Positions 16,772 to 26,600 of a DNA stretch of 27,290 nt are shown here, in pieces; position 1 is the first letter of the stretch; the number at the start of each line of letters is the position of its first letter. Where the stretch lies: NCBI GenBank assembly GCA_964534375.1, contig CAZHPN010000070.1, positions 1 through 27,290 of the forward strand. Reading direction: 5' to 3'. The DNA is from an uncultured bacterium. GTDB lineage: Bacteria > Lernaellota > Lernaellaia > Lernaellales > Lernaellaceae. The position numbers were made by a program, and so were the translations under genes. The notes under the pieces were generated by a model that was given only the letters and a program-made list of their open reading frames with translations, searched no databases and was not told the DNA's origin.

Positions 16772-19700
16772 ATGCGGGTTCGTCGGCCGCTCCTTGTCGT
16801 CCTTGCGTGCGGCCTGTGTCTTGCGTGTTCGGGCGCCGGCGGCGACTGGGACGGTCAGACTTACCGAAAGGTCGGCGAGGCGTTCCCCGACGGTTCCTGG
16901 CGCGTCGAAGTCGTCGGCCCACCGACGCGGGCGAATCCGGGCGACACCCTGGAATGGACTGTTCGTTTCGCGATGAAAAGTTCGGCCGTTCGCGATTTCG
17001 CGGCAAAGATCGACGAAATCAAACTCGCGCTTGCCGCTCGTCGGGTGTGCGACGCCGAGGGCCATTACCGCGATCAGAACGGTTACTTCACCTCAACCTA
17101 TCTGACGCCGAGCGGCCTGCCGATCGAAGGGTACCAGTATTTGATCGCCAACAGCCGCATTGGCGGGCCGTACCGCACCCCCCTGGACATCGTGCAGGAC
17201 GTGCCGCGCGCGGCAATCCGCATCGCGGGCGACAGTCTGAGCTTCACCCTGCCCGTAAAGGCGCCGCTCGGCGCCGATTTCCCGGCGGGATTATTCCGCA
17301 TCGAGCTGGCATTCTACGCGTCCGTCGACGGCCATTGGCTCCCGTTGCACGCGCTCGGCGCCGCCGACCCGCGCCGCAGCGCGGGCTGCGATCCTGATTA
17401 TGAGATCCGCTATTTCTACCGCAAGATTTTCTTGCCGCCGTTGCGGGTGGGCGACTTTCGGCAACCGCGCTTGATCTGGACGTTGTTCGGGGCGGTGCGC
17501 TCCAACGGCGTGTCGGGCGTCGTGGCGCAGGAAGATGCGCCGTTTTTCGCCATGTCCAACCGTTTCAAGCCGCAAACCCGCTACGTGCTGCCCTGTACGC
17601 CCGACCGGCAGACTTGCCAATTCGCGATCGCGCCCGACCTGCCGACTCTCCGCGAAACGCGACCGTTTCTATTTCACGCCAAGGAATATCTCGACGAAAC
17701 GCTCGAACTCGACTTTCACCGCGGCGAGGTCGCGGTGCAAGTCAAACGGCCCGACGGCGGCGTTGACGACCTGGGTCGCCACGGTTTCACCGGCCTGGGC
17801 GAAGGTGGGCCGACCGTCCAGGCGCCGGGGACGGGCTACCGTTTCGACTGGTTTGGCCGCTATGAAATCAGGATGACCGGCGAGATGTACGATCGGTTCG
17901 GCAACCGATTCGAGGCTGGCGGGACGTACGAGGTCTGGGTCGCCTATCCATTAACCTTCGCCACCGCCATCAAGCCAGGCACGCCGTTGCGGGTCGGCGA
18001 TTCGTATCCGGTGGCGGCGACCATCAACCCGCCCGTGCCCGCGTCGGTAACGGCCACGGTTCGCTTTTACCCAGGGCTTCATCCGCACGATCTAAGCGAA
18101 ACCGTCTACGCCGGCGCCGCGCAGCGATTTGGTTATTTTTATCCCGCCCCAACGCAACAACCGTTTGTCTTCCCGGAGCAAGGCGAGTACCTGTATGATA
18201 TTTTCGCCGTTTGGACCGACCCGAACGGTCGCGTGTATATGGGGAATATGCGCAACGCGTCCGTCGTGATCGCGAACGACGACAGCCTGGCGATTTTCGG
18301 CGGCGCACAATCGACTATCGCGCGCGAGCACGATTCGCGTCGTGCGTTCAACGATCTCTACTCGCAGTTTTCCAATGTCTTTTTCCCCCGTGAGTCGGGG
18401 GGGATCTATCGCTTTTTCGGGAATTCGCTGTGGGACCAAACGGTCAATCCGAACATGAGCGCCGAGGAGCCAAGCGGCTATTTGCAACGCATTCTCGAAC
18501 GTTCGTTTCCGCCGGGGCTGGTGAAACTCCACAATCGACCCGGCGAAGAGCGCTACGCGGCGGCGCACGGCATCGTCTTTCCGGGCAGTCAGGAGATGAT
18601 GCGCGCCTATGGACGGGACTACGGCAGCGGCAAAAGCCTGCCGCTGATAAGCACGGCTGCTGGCGGCTATTCACCGTTCGAATACCCCGAACTCGTCGAT
18701 CGCCGGGGCTATTTCTACATCGCCGCGTCGCGCCCGGGATTCCCCGTGTACTTCGTGGTCGCATCGTCGACCATCAACGAGAATTACTGGTATGTCGGCG
18801 CCAGCGATTACGGCGGGACGATCGGCGCGGCAAAACGCGGCGACCAACCCGGGGACATCATTTGGTCCGTCGTTGCCGGCCTTTTTGCCGACCCGCCGGC
18901 GAACAGAGAATTCTACGGCGCGTACGGCGCGGCGGGCGTCGCCGCGCCGCGCGGCGACTTCGACGTCTTCGACAAACCCGCAACGATGCCGGTCGCGAGC
19001 GTCAACGGCGTCGATTTCGGCATTTTCGCCGGCGTTGGGCCATCGCCCGGAACCATGTACGAAACCGGAGCCGTCAAAGGCGTAGGGTCGATCGCCATCC
19101 CGATGGCGCCGCACGACGTCGAAATCCGGATCCGAAAACCCGACGGCCAGACGATGGAGTGTCGCGGCCGCGCGGATCGGCTCGGCAATTTCTTCTGCCC
19201 CGATGGATCGCTGGTTTTCGACCGCGCCGGCGTCTATCGGGTCTACGCTCATTTTTCCGACGGCGATCGGGTCGGCGGCGTGCCCGGAGCCCGCGCCGGT
19301 TGGCACCAGGTCTATGCGGTCGCTGCGGACACCCCGTATCGCGTGCTTTTTCGTCCCCCGCCTCCCCGGCGGCCGACCTTTGAGAGCCCGATTGTCGTCG
19401 ATGGCCAGGTCTCGCCATCGTTGCGCGTCGGGCGCGCCTATTATTCGATCGTCGCGCCCGGAATTCTCATTGATGAAGGCGCCGTCGATCTCATCGATAG
19501 CCGGTTTCGCCTCACGTTAAGTCCCGACCAGATCACCGCCGAGTTCGCCAATCTCCACGATCACCCCGCCATCTTCTCGATGAAGCTCGGCGGCTACGCC
19601 GGCGAGGCGCAGCACGTCGGCAACTTGCTGGCCGGCCACACGCGGCGAGTCCTGTCCGACACGATCGAGATCACCGTCTTTGTCGAGGGCGTCGGCGCGA

Positions 19701-19801
19701 ACGGCGATGCCGCTACGGCGGGGGGAAAGTTCATTCTCCGCGGCGACAGGGCGTTGATTCCAGCCGCGTTCCTTGCCGGCGACCGGGAGGCGCATCGATG
19801 A
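16772..19801 (+). CDS. Large (~1009 aa) putative lipoprotein with repeated Ig/macroglobulin-like beta domains, function unknown
   Basis: Long ORF with a coherent beta-rich sequence. From ATG 16772, MRVRRPLLVVLACGLCLA|C resembles a lipoprotein signal. Internal repeats are visible. Confidence 0.7.
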   Translation: MRVRRPLLVVLACGLCLACSGAGGDWDGQTYRKVGEAFPDGSWRVEVVGPPTRANPGDTLEWTVRFAMKSSAVRDFAAKIDEIKLALAARRVCDAEGHYRDQNGYFTSTYLTPSGLPIEGYQYLIANSRIGGPYRTPLDIVQDVPRAAIRIAGDSLSFTLPVKAPLGADFPAGLFRIELAFYASVDGHWLPLHALGAADPRRSAGCDPDYEIRYFYRKIFLPPLRVGDFRQPRLIWTLFGAVRSNGVSGVVAQEDAPFFAMSNRFKPQTRYVLPCTPDRQTCQFAIAPDLPTLRETRPFLFHAKEYLDETLELDFHRGEVAVQVKRPDGGVDDLGRHGFTGLGEGGPTVQAPGTGYRFDWFGRYEIRMTGEMYDRFGNRFEAGGTYEVWVAYPLTFATAIKPGTPLRVGDSYPVAATINPPVPASVTATVRFYPGLHPHDLSETVYAGAAQRFGYFYPAPTQQPFVFPEQGEYLYDIFAVWTDPNGRVYMGNMRNASVVIANDDSLAIFGGAQSTIAREHDSRRAFNDLYSQFSNVFFPRESGGIYRFFGNSLWDQTVNPNMSAEEPSGYLQRILERSFPPGLVKLHNRPGEERYAAAHGIVFPGSQEMMRAYGRDYGSGKSLPLISTAAGGYSPFEYPELVDRRGYFYIAASRPGFPVYFVVASSTINENYWYVGASDYGGTIGAAKRGDQPGDIIWSVVAGLFADPPANREFYGAYGAAGVAAPRGDFDVFDKPATMPVASVNGVDFGIFAGVGPSPGTMYETGAVKGVGSIAIPMAPHDVEIRIRKPDGQTMECRGRADRLGNFFCPDGSLVFDRAGVYRVYAHFSDGDRVGGVPGARAGWHQVYAVAADTPYRVLFRPPPPRRPTFESPIVVDGQVSPSLRVGRAYYSIVAPGILIDEGAVDLIDSRFRLTLSPDQITAEFANLHDHPAIFSMKLGGYAGEAQHVGNLLAGHTRRVLSDTIEITVFVEGVGANGDAATAGGKFILRGDRALIPAAFLAGDREAHR

Positions 19802-20103
19802 AGAAGACGTATTTCTGGCTGGCCGTCCATTTTGCAGCGTTCGTCGTCTGTTTTTCCGCTTGTCTGGCGATCCATCTCGTCGCGAGGAACAGCTTCTCGG
19901 ATCGCGTCGGCTACTGGTTGTGGCTGCGGGCTTCGCCCGAGGATCAAATCAACTATTTTCGCCTCGTCCTCGCCGCTCAAGTGCTGCCGATTGCGGTGTC
20001 CTTCGTGGCGGGCGTCGCTGGCGTTGTCCCCGTCGAAAAGATCGTTCGTCGATATTGGCATCCGCGAACATTGCGGCGAAGCGGCCGGAGCGGGTCGCGT
20101 TAA
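19798..20103 (+). CDS. Small two-TM membrane protein
   Basis: GGGAGG RBS, ATGA overlap with the upstream stop, two hydrophobic segments and a basic C-terminal tail. Confidence 0.7.
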   Translation: MKKTYFWLAVHFAAFVVCFSACLAIHLVARNSFSDRVGYWLWLRASPEDQINYFRLVLAAQVLPIAVSFVAGVAGVVPVEKIVRRYWHPRTLRRSGRSGSR

Positions 20104-20111
20104 CAAACTAC

Positions 20112-20843
20112 TTACGTGGGAGGATGTTTCGCAGCGCAAATTTCCAGGGACCGCTGGACGAACGCCCCGGTGTTGTCGGCGCCGGCCGCATCGGGCGCCT
20201 TGTTCCGCATGCGTTCGGCAACCGTCTCCCAATCAGCCCTGCTCTTGGGCGGCAGGCACATCCGCCGGTAAAGAAAACTGACGTTGTGACATAGCCCGCA
20301 AAAAGCTTGGAAATCAACCTGCCGTTGGGCGGCGTCGGCGCCGGTAGCGCTCGGCCGCGGGCGCGATTGCGCCAGGACGTAGCCGACGACCAAGTCGCCT
20401 TCCCATTTTTGAATTGCAAAATTGTTCTGCGCAATATGTTGCTGCAGGAGCATCCGGAGCGCCCGTTCGTCCAATGCCAGATAGGGCGTCAGCGCCGAAC
20501 GCGCATGGCAACGGCCGCACCGCCACGCAAAGAGCGTGCGGCCGTCGGCGGAACGCCGTCGAATCAGAAACTCGGCCAGACGTTGGCGGCGCGCGGGGGA
20601 ATCGCCGTGTGCCGCTCCCCCGTCCCGATCCAACATGCTATCGACGGTCTTTCGCCATTCGCTCGGGGCCATCGCATAATGATGCGGCGTCATCGGCGAA
20701 TGACACCGACCGCACGCCTGCGTGAACTCGGCATTGCCTTTGTCGAGCGACCAGGAAAGGACCTCGTAAATGGCGACGCCGACGAACGCAATCGCGTAGA
20801 CGACCGCTGCGGCCGTCAGCAAAACCCAGACGCCATGCGACAA
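20112..20843 (-). CDS. Membrane-anchored trihaem c-type cytochrome
   Basis: N-terminal TM anchor and three CxxCH motifs (CGRCH, CGRCH, CGLCH) in repeated ~65-75 aa units. Start codon uncertain: TTG, and the frame stays open upstream. Confidence 0.85.
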   Translation of the reverse strand: MSHGVWVLLTAAAVVYAIAFVGVAIYEVLSWSLDKGNAEFTQACGRCHSPMTPHHYAMAPSEWRKTVDSMLDRDGGAAHGDSPARRQRLAEFLIRRRSADGRTLFAWRCGRCHARSALTPYLALDERALRMLLQQHIAQNNFAIQKWEGDLVVGYVLAQSRPRPSATGADAAQRQVDFQAFCGLCHNVSFLYRRMCLPPKSRADWETVAERMRNKAPDAAGADNTGAFVQRSLEICAAKHPPT

Positions 20844-20934
20844 TCTGCGCGAGACGGTCGCCAGAAAACGCGCGGGCGCGTGAAGATGGTGGGCTATCGT
20901 ACGTTTCGTGACGCCGCCGTCCGCCTTGTTGATT

Positions 20935-23370
20935 TCAATTCGGTCCGCCCGCCAAGAGCAGGCGCACGGTTTCGATCCCCGCGTGCATCGGGACGCGCAC
21001 GCTGCCGTTTTCGACGATCAGCGGTTCCAGATCGCGTTCCCGCGCGTCGCACCGCCAGGCGACGAAGACCGGTCGGTCGGCCACGGTCAATCGCGTCTCC
21101 GCGGGCTCGGCCCCGAAAGCGAACAAGCGCACGATCCAGCCGTCCCCGCGATCGGCGCGCTTCACCGCCGCGACGGACGCGCCGGCGCCCTGGGCGACTA
21201 CCAGCGCGTCGGCCGCCGCGCCGAGGTTCGGCTGCCGCGGATCGATCCACGACGGCCGCAACGCCTGCGCGGCCGTCTCCGGCAGGCGGTTGGCGCGCCA
21301 ACCGCCGGCGGCGGTCGGCCAAAACGCGCAATCCAGCGTCTGCTCCTCGTCGACAACGCCGCGGGCCGGGTGCCCGGCCAGCGGCAGGAAGCCGAACGCC
21401 CGCTCGCGGGTCGCGTTGCGGCCGATGACCCACTCGACGGCGCCGGTCTCGTTGGCCGCGATCGAACCGGGCGCAAAAAACGCCGCCGCCAGGCCCCAGC
21501 CGTCGCCGGCGCACACGTGCGCAAAGTTCTGCGCGGCCCAGAACGTCGGCTCGAAGTGCCGGTGCAGCGGCCGATTCACGACGCCGCCGGGAACGTCCAT
21601 CCACAGCGATTGGGGCCGAAAATCGAAGGCGAAACGGATCGCGGCGCTGCGCCGCCGGCCGAGCGCGGCGGCCGTTTGCAGCCGCACGATCGGCGAATCG
21701 TTGCGCAGCCAGAAACGGCGCAGCCAAACCCGGCCTTCGATCTGCGATTCGCATTCGACAACCAACAGACCGCTCGTCTCGCGCGCGCGGATCGTCGCGC
21801 GGCCGAGGCTCGACGACATCAACTCCCGCCAGGCGCCGCCGCGAAATTCACAGCCCATGCGCCATAGGCCGCCGGAGTCTTCGTAAAGAATCAGGTCGGC
21901 GCCGAGGCCGACGAGCAACTCGCGGCCGGATTGCCTGTCGACCCAGTTCGTCAGACAGCCGCCGACGCGTTCGTCGAACTCGAGCGAATAAAAATCGCCG
22001 TCGACGCGCAACCGGCCGTTCGCGAGCGACCAGCGCGGCGGCGTCGGATCCGGGGCCGGCGGCGGCGTCGGACAGGCCGCGACGATTTTCGCCAGCGTGC
22101 GATCGGCCAGGGCCTCGCCGTCGACGAGCCATGGCCGCTGTTCTTTGCGCCAGACGCGGTCGGGGGCGGTGCCGGTGATGTAGTCGTGATGATTGCTGAC
22201 CGCGAGCGTTTCCCAGGCCGGCCCCAGCTCTTTTTCCCAGGTCGCGGCGGTTTCGCGGCCCGCCTGCGTCTCGGCGGCCAGCCCGAGCCTTTCCGCGACG
22301 ATCAACTTCTGCGCCAACCGTTTGCAGCGTTGCTTCATCTCCGGACGCGACGCGTAAAAGCCCATGAAATACGGATTCGGATCAAGCGCCAGCACGGGTA
22401 GTTTCGCGCGATGGCAATCGACCAGCGCGAGGTAGTCGTCGAAGCCGGCCAACGTCGCCCAAACGCCGGTGGTCGGATACGTCAATTCGTTATACCGGTC
22501 GAGCATCCCGGCGAGGCCCCGGATCGGGCTGACGAAATCGAAGCCGATCGGGCAAAACATGTACGGCGTCCGCGCGAACGGCGCCAGTTGACCGACGTAG
22601 CCGGCGATGCGGCGCGCCACGTGCACCGGGTCGCGGCGCGTCAGGCCGAGGCGCAGGCCCATCCACTTCCAAACGCCCTTCAGGTCGATGAAATCGCCCT
22701 GGCCATACGTGAAGGCGCAAAAGTGAGCGAGGACCTCCGCACCGTCGGGACCGCGCCAGACGAAGTCGAGAGTCCGCTCGGTCTTCAGCAGCGTCTCGGC
22801 GCTGGAGCCGGGAAACGGATATAACTTTTTCGGCCGATAATCCGAGCCGCCGAAGTGCATGCCGTCGATGCGCGTGACGGCGCAGTAGTCGACGCCGAGC
22901 GCGCGCAGCACCGACGGCAGACCGGCGCCCATGCCGAAATCGTCGGGAAAATAGGCGACGCGCGGTTCCTGCGTCATGCCGTTGCGCCGCAGCCACTCCT
23001 GGCCGAGCAGATAATCGCGCAGCAGGGCCTCGGTTTCGGGAATGATGACATCGGGCGTCGTGACGCCGCTGCCGTAGAGGCGGAGGCGGCCCGCGTTGAC
23101 CAGGTCGCGAATCGCGGTCTGCTTATCCGGGTTGCGGTCCCAGTACATCTTCAGAAAGAAGATGCACTCGACCGAGTAGATGCGCCGCGGCTCCTGCGCC
23201 AATTCCCGCAAGGCGCCGTCGAGGATGCGGCGGATGCGCCAGCGGTAATACTCGTCGGAGGTGAACAGCCAGTTCGGATCCCAATGGCTCGCCTCGGCAA
23301 AGAACAAGACCCGCTCGGCGCCGTCCGGAATTCCCAACCGCTCCCGCCGCAGTTTTTCGTCAGGCGTCAT
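20935..23370 (-). CDS. Glycoside hydrolase family 38 (alpha-mannosidase-like)
   Basis: SHWDPNW (Zn ligands), PDDFG (nucleophile region), FVWRGPDGAEVL, NHHDYITGT, and C-terminal AVKRAD...IVRLF. Start ATG 23370 (MTPDEK) with GGGGAAG RBS. No signal peptide. Confidence 0.9.
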   Translation of the reverse strand: MTPDEKLRRERLGIPDGAERVLFFAEASHWDPNWLFTSDEYYRWRIRRILDGALRELAQEPRRIYSVECIFFLKMYWDRNPDKQTAIRDLVNAGRLRLYGSGVTTPDVIIPETEALLRDYLLGQEWLRRNGMTQEPRVAYFPDDFGMGAGLPSVLRALGVDYCAVTRIDGMHFGGSDYRPKKLYPFPGSSAETLLKTERTLDFVWRGPDGAEVLAHFCAFTYGQGDFIDLKGVWKWMGLRLGLTRRDPVHVARRIAGYVGQLAPFARTPYMFCPIGFDFVSPIRGLAGMLDRYNELTYPTTGVWATLAGFDDYLALVDCHRAKLPVLALDPNPYFMGFYASRPEMKQRCKRLAQKLIVAERLGLAAETQAGRETAATWEKELGPAWETLAVSNHHDYITGTAPDRVWRKEQRPWLVDGEALADRTLAKIVAACPTPPPAPDPTPPRWSLANGRLRVDGDFYSLEFDERVGGCLTNWVDRQSGRELLVGLGADLILYEDSGGLWRMGCEFRGGAWRELMSSSLGRATIRARETSGLLVVECESQIEGRVWLRRFWLRNDSPIVRLQTAAALGRRRSAAIRFAFDFRPQSLWMDVPGGVVNRPLHRHFEPTFWAAQNFAHVCAGDGWGLAAAFFAPGSIAANETGAVEWVIGRNATRERAFGFLPLAGHPARGVVDEEQTLDCAFWPTAAGGWRANRLPETAAQALRPSWIDPRQPNLGAAADALVVAQGAGASVAAVKRADRGDGWIVRLFAFGAEPAETRLTVADRPVFVAWRCDARERDLEPLIVENGSVRVPMHAGIETVRLLLAGGPN

Positions 23371-23428
23371 CGCTTCCCCCGGGCGCGAATTGTCGCAACG
23401 ACTTTTTCCCGTGAAATGCCGCCAACGC

Positions 23429-23456
23429 AGTCTAGCGAAGAGAGGCGGAATGTCAA
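23429..23456 (-). promoter_or_regulatory. Sigma70-type promoter for the GH38 gene
   Basis: On the minus strand: TTGACA (23456-23451), 16 bp spacer, TAGACT (23434-23429). Confidence 0.6.
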
Positions 23457-23501
23457 AGTCCAAACGCCCGCGGCAATCCCAACGGACGACGCCGCCAATT
23501 G

Positions 23502-23531
23502 TTGCCCGCGGCGGCCGGCGCGTGTTATTAT
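23502..23531 (+). promoter_or_regulatory. Sigma70-type (extended -10) promoter for the hybrid kinase
   Basis: TTGCCC (23502-23507), 18 bp spacer, TG-n-TATTAT (-10 at 23526-23531). Confidence 0.55.
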
Positions 23532-23632
23532 TTGTTCCTCGGCGGCGCAGCTTCCCATTACGCAATGGGGGGTCATTTCCGCATCGGCAAAGCCGCCGAC
23601 CCGGCAATCCGCCGCGGTCGAGAGGGTTCTTT

Positions 23633-26600
23633 ATGCTGTACAAGACCCGCCTCGAGTTGGTCGAACGTCTCGGTCAGGTCGGGGCGCGGCTGGCCCGTGT
23701 GGCCGATCGCGACGATCTCGTGCAAATTCTGGGCGACATCATCCGAACCGATATCCCGGTCGATTGGGTCGGCTTGTATTTGCTCGACCCGACGACGCGC
23801 CGCCTGGTCCCCGCCGGTGACTCGCCGCCCGGCCCGGCCGCTATCAGCGGCGGCCCGCTCAACCGGGTGTGCCGCGACCGAATGCCGTTGCTCGTTGCGG
23901 GCGAAGAGGCTGCGGCTGTCTTCCGGACGATCGCGGCGCCCGACGCCCCGCCCGCCGCGTCGCTGTTGTTTCTGCCGATGCTGGACGGCGAAGATTGCCT
24001 CGGCGCGATGGGTCTCGCCGACGCCCGGCTGGACCGCTTCGCGGACCTCGACGTCGCGCTGCTGTCTTTCATTCTGCGGCAGGCGGCGGCGGCGCTCCGC
24101 AACCTGACCGACGCCGAGCAGCGCGAAAAACGGCAGCAGGAGTTGGCGGCGATCCATCGCGCGGTGGGCGAAAGCGAGGCGCGGTTCAAGACCGCGCGTC
24201 AGCAGGTTGAGGATTTGGCGCGCGCGCAACGCGATCTGCAATTGGCGCTCGACGGCGCGCCTGACTTGGGCAGCGCGATGCGGGCGGCGCTCGCGACGGT
24301 GCAGACCGCGGCCCGGGTGGATGCCGGGGCATTGTATCTGATCGACGAAAAAAACGATCTGCGGCTGGCTGCCCACCAGGGCATTTCCGCCGAATTCGCC
24401 GGCCGCGCGATGCACTACACCGTAGACTCGCCGAACGCGCGGCTTGCTTTCGGCGACCAGCCGACCTACGCCTCGGTCGCCGTGCTGCAGCCGGAGATCG
24501 GCGATCCGCTTCGGCGCGAAGGCCTGCGCGCGGTGGCGATCAACCCCGTCTGGCGGGAGGGTTTCGCGATCGCGTGCCTGGTCGCGGGGTCGCGCCATGA
24601 CGAGGAGATCGCGCCGGCGGCCCGCCACGCGCTGGAGGCGCTGGCGCTGCAAATCGGCGGCTTCATCGCCAAACGGCGGGCCGAGGATGCGCTGAACCAA
24701 AGCACCGAGTTCCTGAAAAAACTGATCGACAACCTGCCGGTGGCGATCTTCGGCAAAGATGCGGCGGGCCGTTTTTCGGTCTGGAACAAAGCCAGCGAGC
24801 GGTTTTACGGGATTCCGAAAGAGACGGTGCTCGGGAAAACCGACTACGATTTTTTCCCGAAGGACCAAGCGGATTTTTTCGTCCGCAAAGATCGCGAGAC
24901 CTTTGAGAAACGCGACACGGTCGATATTCCGGAGGAGCCGATCGACAGCCTCAGCCGCGGCCGGCGCACCATCCACACGATCAAGGTGCCGATTTACGAC
25001 GATCAGGGACGCCCGGAAACGCTGCTGGGAATTTCGGAGGACATCACCGAACGCCAGGCCGCGCTCGCGGGGCTGGAATTCCGCGAAAAATTCAAAGAAC
25101 TGCTGATGAATCTCTCGACGCAATTCATCAATCTTTCCGCCGACGAAATCGACGCCGGCGTCAACGGGGCCCTCGCCGCGATCGGCCGGTTCAGCGAAGC
25201 GGACCGCGCGCTCCTCTTGCTGCTCGATGCGCCGGGCGCGGTGCTCACGATGACCAACGAATGGTGCGCGCCGGGCGTTGCGTCGAGCGCGGCCACGGCG
25301 ACGCCGCTGCAAGTGGCGGAATATCCGATGTTCCGCGACTTGCTCGCCGAATTGCGCGTCGCCCACGTTCCCAGCGTCGCCGAAATGATCGCCGCGACCG
25401 CGCCGGAACGGACGGTGCTGGCCCGGCGGAACGCGCGTTCCGGGATTCTCGCGCCGGTCGCCCACGCCGGAAAAGCGCTGGGGTTCGTCGCCTTCGAACG
25501 CGTCCGCGAGGATAAAGCGTGGGACGACGAAAGCGTCGATTTGCTGCGCGTGGTCGGCGAGATGTTCGCCAACGCGCTGACGCGCAAACGGATCGAAACC
25601 GAACTGCGCGACGCGAAGCGTGCGGCTGAGGCGGCGGCGCGCGCCAAGAGCGATTTTCTGGCGACCATGAGCCACGAAATCCGCACGCCGCTCAGCGGCA
25701 TGGTCGGCATGTTGAATCTGTTGAACGAAACGTCGCTGAGCGACGAACAGCGCAATTACGTGCGCATGGCCGTCGTGTCGGCGGATTCGTTGATCAGCAT
25801 CGTTAACGACGTGCTGGATTTCGCCAAAGTCGAGGCCGGCAAATTGCGGCTGGAGTCGCGGGCGGCGAATCTCGAAAGCGAATTGTTCGAGGTCGCCGGT
25901 ATTTTCCGCGCCAAGGCCGAACAGAAGGGCCTCACGCTTTTGGTGATGTTCGATCCGCGCGCGCCGCGCGAAGTCTTTTGCGATCGCCTGCGACTGCGGC
26001 AGGTGTTGACCAACTTGCTGGACAACGCCATCAAGTTCACCGACCAGGGGCGCATCGTCGTGCAGGCCGATTGCATTCGCCGGCGGCGCGACCATGCCGA
26101 CTTTCGCGTCAGCGTCACCGACACGGGCATCGGCATCCCGGTGGATCAACACGCGGCGATATTCGAACCGTTCACCCAGGGCGACGGCAGCGCCGCCCGC
26201 CGCCACGGCGGGGCCGGCCTCGGCCTGTCGATCACCAAACATCTCGTCGAGATGATGGGCGGTGAGATTCGCGTCGAGAGTGCGCCGGACCGGGGCGCAA
26301 CGTTTTCCATCACGTTGCCCTTCGCGCTGCCGAAATCCGCCTTCACGACGGTTCACGGCGACGCTGTCCTCGCGGCCCTGCAGCACGAAACCGCGCCCAC
26401 CGAGGCGTCGCGGCGAATCCTGCTGGCCGAAGACAACGCCATCAATCAATTCGCGGCGGCGGCCCTGCTGGAAAAGCTCGGCTGCCGTCCGGTTTGTGTG
26501 GAAGACGGAGCCCAGGCCGTCGCGCTCGCGACGGCCGAGCGCTTCGATGCGATCTTCATGGACGTGCAAATGCCGGGCATGGACGGCTATGAGGCGGCGC

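Noticed and set aside
16772..19801. Bona fide alpha-2-macroglobulin
   Set aside because: Shorter than typical bacterial alpha-2-macroglobulins, no CxEQ thioester motif and no adjacent pbpC.
13226..20843. Quinohaemoprotein amine dehydrogenase-like system (radical SAM + Ig-domain protein + cytochrome)
   Set aside because: The radical SAM enzyme is B12-type with no SPASM Cys cluster, no Cys/Asp/Trp-rich gamma-subunit peptide or beta-propeller subunit is seen, and the genes are in mixed orientations.
23545..23632. c-di-GMP-I riboswitch call
   Set aside because: Only a partial GCAAAGCC similarity. The conserved GGCAAA-P2(GNRA)-GAC arrangement is absent.
23261..23643. Overlapping N-terminal extensions of the GH38 and kinase ORFs
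   Set aside because: Better starts with RBSs exist at 23370 (-) and 23633 (+), and the intervening DNA contains promoter-like boxes.
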